Shown piece after piece: positions 21,915 to 31,889 of a stretch of DNA of 64,000 nucleotides. Under the pieces are notes generated by a model, which was not told the origin of the DNA, did no database searches, and saw only the letters and a list, made by a program, of their open reading frames with translations. The stretch is from Schizochytrium sp. TIO01 (lineage: Eukaryota > Protista > Bigyra: Labyrinthulomycetes): NCBI GenBank assembly GCA_004764695.1, contig SMSO01000032.1, positions 7,906,483 to 7,970,482 on the forward strand, written 5' to 3'. The position numbers were made by a program, and so were the translations under genes. The first letter of the stretch is position 1; the number at the start of each line of letters is the position of its first letter.

Positions 21915-24900
21915 ATGTCGGATGCTGAAGACAATAGCAGCGTAGGAGGCGCTGAGGAGGAGAAGGTCACGGCCCCCGTTGACAAAAGTGGCAACGATTC
22001 TGATTCAGACTCCAAGAGCAGCGGAGGCTCTTCCTCTTCGGGCAGCTCAGGTTCTGGCTCTAGCGATTCTGAAGATGATGACGGAAAGAAAGGAAAAGCT
22101 GGCAAAAAGCTGAGCAAGGGTGGTGCCAAAAAGCCGGCCAAGAAGAAGGACGCTGGCCGCGGCGGTGCCTCGCGGTTCGTTGACGACGAAGCCGAGGAAA
22201 GCGACCAAGACCGCCAAGACGACGACGATGATGACAATGACAAGGCTGAAAACAATCAGTATGAGTATGACGACTTCGTTGTTGCCGAGGATGAGGACGA
22301 CGGAGAAGTCTCTGACAGCGATTCGGATGATGACAGCGAAAGCAACAAGAGGAAGCGAAAGAAGCGTCTGCGTAAAGGTCGTAAGCGGCCAAAGATTTCA
22401 CAAGATGATCTCGATCTCATCCGTGAAAACCAGCGACAGACTGGTGGTGACTTAAGTGCCGAGCAGGAGAATCGCCTTTTCCATGGTGAAGATATCCCAG
22501 AGGATGACTTTGACGGTGAAGATGAGTTTGATGAGGATAACGACTTCATTGTTGAAGACGACTACGAGGAAGGCGCACCACGTCCTAGACAGAAAAAATC
22601 CAAGGTCAAGCGTAGCGCAGAGGAAGAGGAGCGTCAGCGAGCTGATGACCTATTCAACAGCCTCTTTGGCTTTTCCAAGAGCGAATTTGAGGGAGGCGAC
22701 GAGCAAGACCGTGAGGTTGAATATGGCGATGCGGAAGAGGCCCGAGTTAAACAGCTTCGCAAACAGCGGAAAAGGCAGATGGAGGAGATGTTTGATTTTT
22801 CAACACGTGCAGAAAACTACATGCTCGAAGAGGATGACATCATCCGCAAAACGGATCTCCCCGAGCGTATTCAGCTGCTCGAAAACACTGTTGATGTGAA
22901 ACGATCTGCGCGCTATGGCGGAGAGTACTTCATGCGCAGCCCTGAAGAGACTGATGCGGGTGCATCAGAGTCGAAGGAACGCGGCTATGGTGACGATGAA
23001 ATGATGCTTGGCTCCGCTTCACTTGGGGTTTCTGTCAATGTCAGCGGCGGTTCCAGCGAAGCACACCAACGCGATGCACAGGCAGAGTGGGTCTATGCTC
23101 ATCTTGACAAGCAGTATAAGGATCGCTATGGAACCGGCTTGCCCAAACCTTCGTACGAGCTTCGTGAACCTATCCGCAAGGCCCTGGAGCACATGCAAAG
23201 GGAGTCCATGGAGGTTCCTTACGTGTACCTGTACTGCGCACGCGACATTGCGCCTCTAACTCTCGACGATCTTTGGAGTATCTTGGACCTTTCCATTCAA
23301 TACGCACGGACGCTCAGCCGTCGCGACCTGCTGTGTAAGCTCGTTCGCCGTGTGGTACCCTCAAGCGTGGAAGATGACGAGTCAGTGTCTGCAGAAAACC
23401 TCAATGAGCAGGCGGGACATCAGATTAAGTTCTATCGTGATGCCCTCATTGAGCGAATTAAGCGTCTGCGTGGACTAGACCTCACCATCCAGCACCTTTC
23501 GGAAATTCAAAAGTATGTCACCTTTATGTTTGGTGAGGCCCTTTCAGAGGCCCAAGTTCAGGCTGCGCGCAGATTGCGGAAAGAGAAACGAAAGAAGCAA
23601 AAACAGATGTTCAAACAAAAGAGCAAAGCCAAGAACAAGTCAAACGAGGTTAGTGAAATTGATGCTCTTTTCAACGAAGATAATGACGAAGACTATGTTC
23701 CAGAGGGCGAGAAGAAGCCTAGTGAGGTCAATGGAGACAATCTCGAGGCCGCGAATGGTGACCAGGCCGCTGCAGGCGTAGTTACTGAGTCCAAAGAAGG
23801 CGAGGCTGGCGCCGCAGGCGGCGAGCCTGCTGGTCTGAGTGACGATTCCAGTGATGACTCTAGTGATGAATCCAGCGATGAATCCGTTTCTGAAAGTGAG
23901 GCTGGAGGGCCTGGATACGTCTCTGATCAAGAGTCTGATGCCGGAGAGGATACACAGAGGCGCATCCAAGCTCATCGTGAGAAGGCTAAGGCTTTAAAAG
24001 AGAAGCAGAAGAGACGTGCAGACCGAGCAAAACAGAATACAACACTGCTTAAACGCAAAACCGTCAACGAAGGTGGCCAGCGTGGACGCAAGGAAGCACT
24101 TGGACTGATGCGATTCTGTGAAATGGTCGGTTCCGCGGCTCGCTTCGGTGCCTGCGTTGAGGAAAAAAGCCTCCTATGGAAGCCTCGGCAACCACAGGAT
24201 GACACTGACTCTCCAGAAATCATGGCAGCTGTTGCCATTGGGGATGAACTTCGAACGGAGGCAGCTGTCGAGGCAGCTGTGGTACAATATATGGCGTATG
24301 AGATTTCTTCTGAACCTCGTGTATTGACATACTTGCGCGATCTTTATCGCCGACATGGTAAAGTTCGTACGCGCCTTACGGTACGTGGACGTGCACAAAT
24401 TGCATCTAACCCGTTGAGCGACTATTACCAAGTTTGCTCGTTAAACTACAAGCCCTTTGCAAGCTTTTTGAATTACAATGCTCAGATGGAGGATTCCAAC
24501 GCTATGGACGTGGCTGAACCTGATAGTTCTGCTCCTCTCGGACGCCCTGCAAGACCTGATCGTGATCGGAAACCGGATCATGAAACACAGGTTCTGCTTA
24601 TTCTTAACGCCGAGTCTGAAAACCTTTTGACCAAGAGTGTGAACCGTGCTGAGCTTACTAAAATTATTCTAGCTGAACTTGGTAAGTATTTGCTGACCTC
24701 AGAAGGTGTGCAAAGCGTTGTGGATGGTACTCGCCTCAGTGACGTACCCAGAAACCAGGATGAAGACCAAACATTGGAACTTCCTCAGAAGGACGTATTC
24801 AGGCCATGGGATCGCATTCGCTTTGATGTGCTTTTGCGTGCAATTACTCGTCATATGCTCAAATTTATCGAAAAGACTATGTTTCAAGAACTGGCCTCAC

Positions 24901-27887
24901 GCGCCCGCGATTTCATTGTGCGCCAATGTGCTTCGCGTTTGTGGCGTGAAGTCACTGTCGCCCAATTGAGCTTCCCTATGGAGCATCCAACGATTACAAT
25001 CCCCAAGGACCGCTACGTTCGCCCGAACATGCTTAAAATCATGGCTGTTTACCTCACTGACGAAGCAAAGGTCACAAATTATGCTGTGATCGTTGATGCA
25101 GAAGGTAACATGCAGGACTTCGCACGCTTGCCTTCGATTGTGAAGCGCAAGGAAATTGAAGAAGGGATGCGTGAATTGCGTGACAGGCACACTCCTCACT
25201 TCATCCTTTTAAATGCTAGTGCTGGTTTGCGAATGCGCGGCATCGTTATTGGTCTGGAACGCGAAGCCCAAGAAAAGGCACGTAACGCTCGTTCGACTCA
25301 CGACCTTGCAGAGCGCCTGGAAACAGAGCTGCACAACCCTACCGAACGCGATGCCGCAGAAGAGAACCCTGATGGTCTTTTTATTCCTCTTATCATTGAT
25401 GACTCTATTGCATGCTCCGTCGGTGCCTGCACTAAGCGCACCAAGGAACTCCCTGACACAGACTTGCACCAACGTCGTGCGATTGCCATGGCCCGGTTCA
25501 TGTTGAATCCCTTACAAGAGATTTGCTCCCTGTGGACAGATATCTCTCGCGCTGACATTATGCGGTATGAACAAAGTGAATTCTTCGCTTTGCAACTCCA
25601 CCCTCAGCAAGGTAACGTTACCCCGATTGCGCTTTTACGAAGCTTAGAACGTGTTCTGGTTAATGCTGTATCTTTAAGTGGTGTGGATGTTAACCATATT
25701 GTGCGCAATGTACACGCGCGCACGGTGCTTCCATTCGTACCTGGTCTCGGTTTTCGTAAGGCTAAGGCTTTGGTTGAAAGTCTGGAACGCAGCTCAAGGA
25801 TTGTAGCCTCGCGTGACACAATTGCCAGTTGGCTTCGTAAAAACAGTGTCCCCGCAGGACTTGCACTGAAAGATATCTCCGAGGATATGGATGACGATGA
25901 AGATGAAGATGCTGCACGTGCTGCTCTGTATGGCACAATGGAGGGCGCAAGCGCGGCTTCTCGTCGTCTAGTGGTCTTCCTGAACGCCTCAGGCTTTTTA
26001 CGTATCGTCACAGATTCGATGTCCAACGGCGAGGTGAGCCGCAACTACGTTGATGAGGACGAGGGATACAATACTGTCGAAGCGAACCCGTTTGATGGCA
26101 CTCGTATCCACCCGAAAGACCGTAATTTTGAAGCGGCATGTTTGTGGGGTGTACGTAAAGGATTGGACCGTGCTATGCCCGAGATGGACCATGACGGCAA
26201 ACTTGACTTCAGCGTGGTCGAGCTTGCTCGTAAGACCATGTTGAAGTCCAGGAGACGCGTCCTTGCGCAGCTTGGAGAGGACCCAATGTGGTTATCCAAG
26301 TATTCCGACAAGGCGTGGTTCATGTATCCTGATGAGGCCAAGTCAGTCTCGTACAAGTATGACAAGCCACGTTCATTATTTCCTGTAACCATGGAGAATG
26401 AGGAGATCCACAGTCTCAAGCTTGTTCAAGGAGATGATCTTTGCAACGCCAATGTAGAACAGCTTACCGAGGCTCTTTCCCACATGGAGGAAGATCCAGT
26501 GGTTTTGCGTACCAAGATCCGCACAGTTCTGCGCGAACTGCAGCTGCCTTACGTGTCGTGCTTTGCAACACGCCAACTCTTGTCGCCGAGTGATCTTTTT
26601 GACGTGCTCACTGGTGAGAACGACCGTACTCTATTCCGTGAGTGCGATGTGACAGTGCGGATTACTGGAATCAAAGCCCGTTTCATTGACGTTCAATTGT
26701 CGAATGGCCTTCGCGGTGTAATTCACGTCAATGAATTGTCAAACATGCGCCCTCCCTCTGTCGATGCCGGGCTTTTCAACAATTCTGGTCCTGGAGCTGG
26801 TGGCATGGACCCCATGAACCCAGCAGGCCCTAACGCACAGCAGGATCCGCTACGCCCGTTGAAGGAATGGATGGCGAGTACCCTGCAACTTGGTGTGGGT
26901 TCCGAGTTGCTCGCCCGTGTGCTTGAAGTCCAGAAGGATCGTTTTTCACTCAAGTTGACAGCGAAGCCTGAAATCTTAAATCGCCCTCCTTTTATTCGTT
27001 TTGCAGATGAGTATTGGTCGCGTCCTCAGACACTTGAGGACCGTTCAAAGGCAAAGCGTAACCCTAACCGTACTGCCACAGGTGCGCTTAAGCGCCCGAT
27101 TACTCACCCGGCGTTTCAAAACATTACGCGTGCAGAGGCCGAGGAAGACCTTATGTCGAAGCCAATTGGCGAGTACATCATCCGCCCGAGTAGTCATGGT
27201 CTCAAGCACCTGACGGTAACTTGGAAGATCGCAGACAAGCCCAAGCCACTCTTTCAGCACACTGACGTGCAGGAGAGTGCATCTAAGTCTCCAAAGGACC
27301 CAAAGTTGGTCCCACCGCTTACAATTATGCGCAGCGGACAGCAACTCAAGTACGATGATATTGATGAGCTCTTAGCTCGTTACTTCACGCCTATGGCAGA
27401 ATTTATCGAGGACCTGTACAAATTCCGCTACTTCGTCTTTAAAACTAATGAAGAGACTGAAGCCGAACTGCGTGAGGACAAGGCGAAACAGCCCCGTCGA
27501 ATTCCGTATAAAATTAACCCGATGGAGAATCAACCTGGCTACTTTACTTTGCATTTTATCCCTGGGTCGAGCACCGTTAGCAAGCTCAAAATTAGCCTCT
27601 CCCCTGATGGATATAAGTTGCATGACCAGAAGGACTTCAATAACATTGACCAATTGATTGAATACTTCAAGAAGCACTATAAGGATCTTCTTCAAGGCGG
27701 GTCACGCAGTCGTCACCAGGGTGGCCGAGGTCACCGTAGTTCTTATGGTGGTCACAGTGGTGGCGGTAGCTCGCACGGTCACTCATCTCATGGAGGCTCG
27801 TACAGTTATGGCGGCGGCAGCAGCAGCGGCTACGGTGGTGGCTATGGTGGTAGCGGCGGCGGCGGCGGCGGCGGCTACGGTGGCTAA
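21915..27887 (+). CDS. SPT6: Transcription elongation factor / histone chaperone SPT6
   Basis: 1990 aa; acidic N-terminus (FVDDEAEES, DDFVV), IRKTDLPERIQL, EVPYVYLY, YqgF-like region, HhH VPGLGFRKA, FDGTRIHP, S1 (LSNGLRGVIH), tandem SH2 (HPAFQN, YIIRPSSHG..HLTVTWK). Confidence 0.97.
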   Translation: MSDAEDNSSVGGAEEEKVTAPVDKSGNDSDSDSKSSGGSSSSGSSGSGSSDSEDDDGKKGKAGKKLSKGGAKKPAKKKDAGRGGASRFVDDEAEESDQDRQDDDDDDNDKAENNQYEYDDFVVAEDEDDGEVSDSDSDDDSESNKRKRKKRLRKGRKRPKISQDDLDLIRENQRQTGGDLSAEQENRLFHGEDIPEDDFDGEDEFDEDNDFIVEDDYEEGAPRPRQKKSKVKRSAEEEERQRADDLFNSLFGFSKSEFEGGDEQDREVEYGDAEEARVKQLRKQRKRQMEEMFDFSTRAENYMLEEDDIIRKTDLPERIQLLENTVDVKRSARYGGEYFMRSPEETDAGASESKERGYGDDEMMLGSASLGVSVNVSGGSSEAHQRDAQAEWVYAHLDKQYKDRYGTGLPKPSYELREPIRKALEHMQRESMEVPYVYLYCARDIAPLTLDDLWSILDLSIQYARTLSRRDLLCKLVRRVVPSSVEDDESVSAENLNEQAGHQIKFYRDALIERIKRLRGLDLTIQHLSEIQKYVTFMFGEALSEAQVQAARRLRKEKRKKQKQMFKQKSKAKNKSNEVSEIDALFNEDNDEDYVPEGEKKPSEVNGDNLEAANGDQAAAGVVTESKEGEAGAAGGEPAGLSDDSSDDSSDESSDESVSESEAGGPGYVSDQESDAGEDTQRRIQAHREKAKALKEKQKRRADRAKQNTTLLKRKTVNEGGQRGRKEALGLMRFCEMVGSAARFGACVEEKSLLWKPRQPQDDTDSPEIMAAVAIGDELRTEAAVEAAVVQYMAYEISSEPRVLTYLRDLYRRHGKVRTRLTVRGRAQIASNPLSDYYQVCSLNYKPFASFLNYNAQMEDSNAMDVAEPDSSAPLGRPARPDRDRKPDHETQVLLILNAESENLLTKSVNRAELTKIILAELGKYLLTSEGVQSVVDGTRLSDVPRNQDEDQTLELPQKDVFRPWDRIRFDVLLRAITRHMLKFIEKTMFQELASRARDFIVRQCASRLWREVTVAQLSFPMEHPTITIPKDRYVRPNMLKIMAVYLTDEAKVTNYAVIVDAEGNMQDFARLPSIVKRKEIEEGMRELRDRHTPHFILLNASAGLRMRGIVIGLEREAQEKARNARSTHDLAERLETELHNPTERDAAEENPDGLFIPLIIDDSIACSVGACTKRTKELPDTDLHQRRAIAMARFMLNPLQEICSLWTDISRADIMRYEQSEFFALQLHPQQGNVTPIALLRSLERVLVNAVSLSGVDVNHIVRNVHARTVLPFVPGLGFRKAKALVESLERSSRIVASRDTIASWLRKNSVPAGLALKDISEDMDDDEDEDAARAALYGTMEGASAASRRLVVFLNASGFLRIVTDSMSNGEVSRNYVDEDEGYNTVEANPFDGTRIHPKDRNFEAACLWGVRKGLDRAMPEMDHDGKLDFSVVELARKTMLKSRRRVLAQLGEDPMWLSKYSDKAWFMYPDEAKSVSYKYDKPRSLFPVTMENEEIHSLKLVQGDDLCNANVEQLTEALSHMEEDPVVLRTKIRTVLRELQLPYVSCFATRQLLSPSDLFDVLTGENDRTLFRECDVTVRITGIKARFIDVQLSNGLRGVIHVNELSNMRPPSVDAGLFNNSGPGAGGMDPMNPAGPNAQQDPLRPLKEWMASTLQLGVGSELLARVLEVQKDRFSLKLTAKPEILNRPPFIRFADEYWSRPQTLEDRSKAKRNPNRTATGALKRPITHPAFQNITRAEAEEDLMSKPIGEYIIRPSSHGLKHLTVTWKIADKPKPLFQHTDVQESASKSPKDPKLVPPLTIMRSGQQLKYDDIDELLARYFTPMAEFIEDLYKFRYFVFKTNEETEAELREDKAKQPRRIPYKINPMENQPGYFTLHFIPGSSTVSKLKISLSPDGYKLHDQKDFNNIDQLIEYFKKHYKDLLQGGSRSRHQGGRGHRSSYGGHSGGGSSHGHSSHGGSYSYGGGSSSGYGGGYGGSGGGGGGGYGG

Positions 27888-28125
27888 CTACGGTGGTGGC
27901 AGCGGCAGCGGCGGCGGCTACGGTGGTGGCTACAGTGGTGGCAGTGGCAGTGGTGGCTACGGTGGTGGTAGCGGCGGCGGCGGCTACGGTGGTGGCAGCG
28001 GCGGCGGCGGCTACGGTGGTGGCAGCAGTGGCGGTGGCTACGGTGGTGGCAGCAGTGGCGGTGGCTACGGTGGTGGCAGCAGTGGCGGTGGCTACAGTGG
28101 GGGCTATGGTGGTGGCAGCTACGGT
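27810..28125 (+). repeat. Gly/Ser/Tyr-coding minisatellite (about 27-bp GGCGGTGGCTACGGTGGTGGCAGCAGT units) spanning the SPT6 stop
   Basis: GGGYGGGSS-type repeats continue for 86 codons past TAA 27885-27887 in the +1 frame, to the stop at 28146. Confidence 0.9.
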
Positions 28126-28733
28126 AGAAACCACACCTCCCACTAAACTCTCATAGTTGAGTCACTTGCTCATGGATTTTCATCCCATTTCATGTTCTTG
28201 AACCCTCTGGAACCCGATTTGAATGAATTATTGCTTTTGGCATTTTGGGTTATTCTCTGTAAACCTGCCGAGTTCTTTCCATTTTAAAACACAATTTTAA
28301 GAAACAAAAAAACAAACATGATAAAACGTCATAAATTAGAACGTCCAAACTTTCATTTCTTCATCCTTTCTTGTGTGACTTGTGGTCTTTTATGATAGTT
28401 GCTCATGCAATTGCATCGTACCCCGGGTCCTAAGGCGGCTTTCTATTCGAAGTCTTCGGTTCCTTTTCTAAGCCTAATCTTAGCATTGCCTCTAATAAGC
28501 TCTAGGCTACTTGCAAGTAGTATTAGCCTATCTAAGACAGAGGTGGTTAGGTAGAAAGAAGAACTAGGCATAGAACTACTATGTAGTGATAGACATGGAA
28601 AGAATGCCGAGGGAACGACACAGCAAACCTGAATGAAAGTTGAACGCGCACAACTCCGTTACCAAGATCCTGATAGTTGCGTTGAGTAATAGCGATAGAT
28701 AAAGCACTAGTGACGAACTGAAGTGTATTGGCA

Positions 28734-29707
28734 ATGCGGTTCAAAGCAACCCTGGACGACGTCGGGTTGAGCACACTGCTAGGTAAGTGCTGATGGAATG
28801 AGCACTGTTCCGGACAAAAGACAAAATGGTGGAACGCGTGCTTACCAAGAGCTAGGAAGAGGGTGCAAACAGGGGAAGGCTGACTTTATGATAATTCTAT
28901 TTGTTGGTCAAATCGTATTCTGATGGCTCAGCAACCGCACAATGCTATAGTAAGGTTTGCGAAGAGTGTGTTTTGCACCTCACAGAAGAGTCATTTGAAT
29001 TTCGCAAGACGGCAGACAATGAATCTGAGATTAGCCTATTTGCGAAGCTCAGTTTGGACGTCTTTACATCCTATGATATTGCGTCAAAAGCAAACTCTAC
29101 AATCTCGGTTCTTATGAAGATTCAAAATTTACTTCGCGCTTTTAAATCTGCAGAACAATGCGGAAGTGTTATCTTCAAGCTCACTAAGAAACAAGGCATT
29201 CCATGTTTCAGCGTTATTGCGGAGACTCTGAACGGGTTGACCGTTGTACAAGATGCACCAATCGCTATGTTCTTGACGACGGAAGGCTTATTGTCCTATC
29301 GTGAACCGAGTATGGATAGGCCTGACATTGGTCTAGAAATGCCTGACTCAAAGCACGTGCGCGCAGTTCTGGATCGAATGAAAACACTCGACAAATTTGT
29401 TAAGCTCACACTTAGTTGTAAAGGAACCCTTCAACTCGAGGTTGCGACTGAAATTGCCGTCATGAGGACCAAATTTCAAGGACTCGATATTCCAATTGAA
29501 GGCACTGGGATTGGCAAAGCATCTGCGCGTCTCAACGTAACCGAATTTATTCGAGCACTTCACTTTGGTGCAGCGGTATCTAGCTTAGACAAGGTAGTAA
29601 TTTGCATTGTTAGCAGAAGGGCGGTTATCATTTATGTTACCTTTGAGGATGACGTTGGCTCTTTAACATATTATTTGCCATGCCCGTGGGGCGACGAGGA
29701 TGACTGA
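28734..29707 (+). CDS. HUS1: Checkpoint clamp (9-1-1) subunit HUS1; exons 28734-28782 and 28932-29707
   Basis: Exon 1 MRFKATLDDVGLSTLL (typical HUS1 start), donor GTAAGT at 28783, acceptor CAG ending 28931; the phase-1 join restores the frame. NLLRAFKSA, KLTKKQGIPC, VVQDAPI, YREP, LTYYLP. Confidence 0.9.
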
Positions 29708-30637
29708 TTCCAGATTCCTTTTGCTCTCTAGTAGCATGGCCGGTTGTAAAACTGTCAGCCTGAGTAATATTATATTGCACAGAGTCTGCTATGGAAGCAA
29801 CACTGCCACATGCGATGTTTTGTGCTGTGCGCAGGTGTGCGAATATTTTGCCGGTGAATTGCTCGCTTGAGAGAACCGCATTTGGCCTGAGGACTTACCT
29901 CGTTATCCCTTTACCTTGAATGACGCGGCTATGTAAAGTAGTAAGAGGAAGTAAAGAGAAAGAGAAAGTAGAAACATTTTTTTATGCCTATCTGTGCATT
30001 CACTAGTTCTAATTTTTAGTCTGGCGACGGACAATCTGAGTGGAGGGAGGGTGCAAAGGAAGCACAATGGATAATTTGTTCAAACTCACATTCATTCATT
30101 AAATAAAAGCTATGAATTGAGAAAGAGTGTTAGAGTCCCCTATTACATTTGGGACTTAAATCTTCGGTCTAGTTATTTCGTGGAGTGGAACATATGAGCG
30201 AGCAACAGTTGCTAACCAGCAAATACCATGAAGGTGATGGGGAATTTCATGATATGGAAAATTTCTTTTGTGATCACATCACCATATTTGTAGACAAAAC
30301 AAACTAGATGATAATTGAAAGATTCTTGAAGTGGACTAGGTTTAGTCTTTGCTTCACGTTCCCGAGGAGATATGATAAAGGATTTTTTCAGGTGGTCAGA
30401 TTTTTTCTCTACCCCCCCCCCCTTCCTTTTGTCTCTTTGAGTTATGAGTTTTTGAGGAGATTGGTGTGCGGTTACAATAACAAAAGGCCCGGTGGAAAGC
30501 GGATATGCTCTTGGCTAAAAATGCCTATAATAAGAAGTGACTCTTTAATAGTACAATTCCGCTATCTATTGCTTGCTTTTATCTCGAAGTTGCACATTTG
30601 CGGCGTTAGGCTGAAGGTGTTCATTGATTATTCTTGC

Positions 30638-31435
30638 TTATTCTTGCTTAGTCTTATCATCACCCTCACTGCGGGAACGCAAGCTCTTAAGGGCACCCTT
30701 CACCATGCGGTAGAACCATTGGTACTGAAGCGCAAACCCAGCGGCGTAGCAAAACAATACAAGCGTTCCTTTTACCTTGCCAAGTTGGTAAACTTGCTCT
30801 ACAGAGCTAAAAAGGCACACACCAGTCCAAGAGTACATAATAATACGACTGAGAAACCAAAGGAAGACCATAGCGAGGCCGTTGTAAAAGTACATCGTGG
30901 ATGTCTTCATGCCTGCCTCGTAAAGAAACCAGCGCTGATTGACAAACGGGGTGGTGATTTCACAAATCTGGCCTACCGTAGTGAAGAATCCTCCAATGTC
31001 ATAATTCAAAAAGATACCCCACGTGGCAAGAATGCAAAGGTGATGCAAGAGGTTTTCCACCCAGCCTGGCCAGCGAGTGCGATACCAAACACTGAGCAAA
31101 AGGTCGCTTGCAATATAGCCCATAAAGATTTGTGCTGCTTTAGTAGATTCAGGTGTAGTGTAGAAAAAGTCACCCCTGGTCAGGATGCTTGGGTCTTTGA
31201 CAAGGGCTCGGATTGACAGTCCGGTGATAAGTGCAGCATGGACAGTAGAAACCATGCTTGAGCACCAGTAGCCACGCTTATCACGCTCAATCTTGCGGTA
31301 GGTCTCAAACATAGGTGCAAGTCCAGATCGGCACATCCAATACAGACCATGAAAAGCAAAGAGCCATGGTGCCGATCCACGAGCAATGTCGCGTACAATT
31401 TGCACAATATCGCGGTCCTCAATAAGGGCCTGCAT
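30638..31435 (-). CDS. TLC (TRAM/LAG1/CLN8) domain membrane protein, TMEM56/TLCD4-like
   Basis: VSTVHA, GYIASDL, LLHHL, EITTPFVNQRWFL, YFYNGL..WFLSRI, LQYQWFYRMVKG; first ATG at 31435. Confidence 0.9.
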   Translation of the reverse strand: MQALIEDRDIVQIVRDIARGSAPWLFAFHGLYWMCRSGLAPMFETYRKIERDKRGYWCSSMVSTVHAALITGLSIRALVKDPSILTRGDFFYTTPESTKAAQIFMGYIASDLLLSVWYRTRWPGWVENLLHHLCILATWGIFLNYDIGGFFTTVGQICEITTPFVNQRWFLYEAGMKTSTMYFYNGLAMVFLWFLSRIIMYSWTGVCLFSSVEQVYQLGKVKGTLVLFCYAAGFALQYQWFYRMVKGALKSLRSRSEGDDKTKQE

Positions 31436-31850
31436 CTTCACCTTGTACTATTTCTTCGTGCGTGCAGACAGCACAACGCAAACAACAACTGCGCACAGTA
31501 GTTTGGCGACTATTGTCGCTACTACTGCTTGTCCAGGTAGGCCAGGAACAAAAGTCCTTTGAGAAGAAGAAGTTGCCCGATGTGAAATACGAGCTCTCGA
31601 AGCCAGAAGCCGTACCAGGAGCAACAGGTGGGGCTTCGCAAGCAGCTCTATAGCTCTCAATAATCGACAGGTCTTGGGTCACAAGACCTTCTGCGCGGCA
31701 ACAAATCCGCGTCCGTCCGCCAATCGGTCGGCCTTCCGTGCCCGACCGAGGTCTCAATGATGTAGATTTGCGGTGACAGAATCTCTCTAATTAGGCGGAA
31801 TAAAGAAACAAAATATTGATTAAATAATTAAAATGCTTATTGTTACTTTT

Positions 31851-31889
31851 TTTATTGTTTATTGTTTATTGTTTATTGTTTATTGTTTT
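31851..31889. repeat. (TTTATTG)n heptamer microsatellite
   Basis: About five tandem copies. Confidence 0.9.

Noticed and set aside
28901-28931. ORF-track N-terminus of HUS1 (and the 56975-57109 tail of TAP42)
   Set aside because: Both are intron sequence; spliced models restore conserved motifs.
30308-31216. 302-aa plus-strand ORF
   Set aside because: Antisense shadow of the TLC gene with no recognisable motif.
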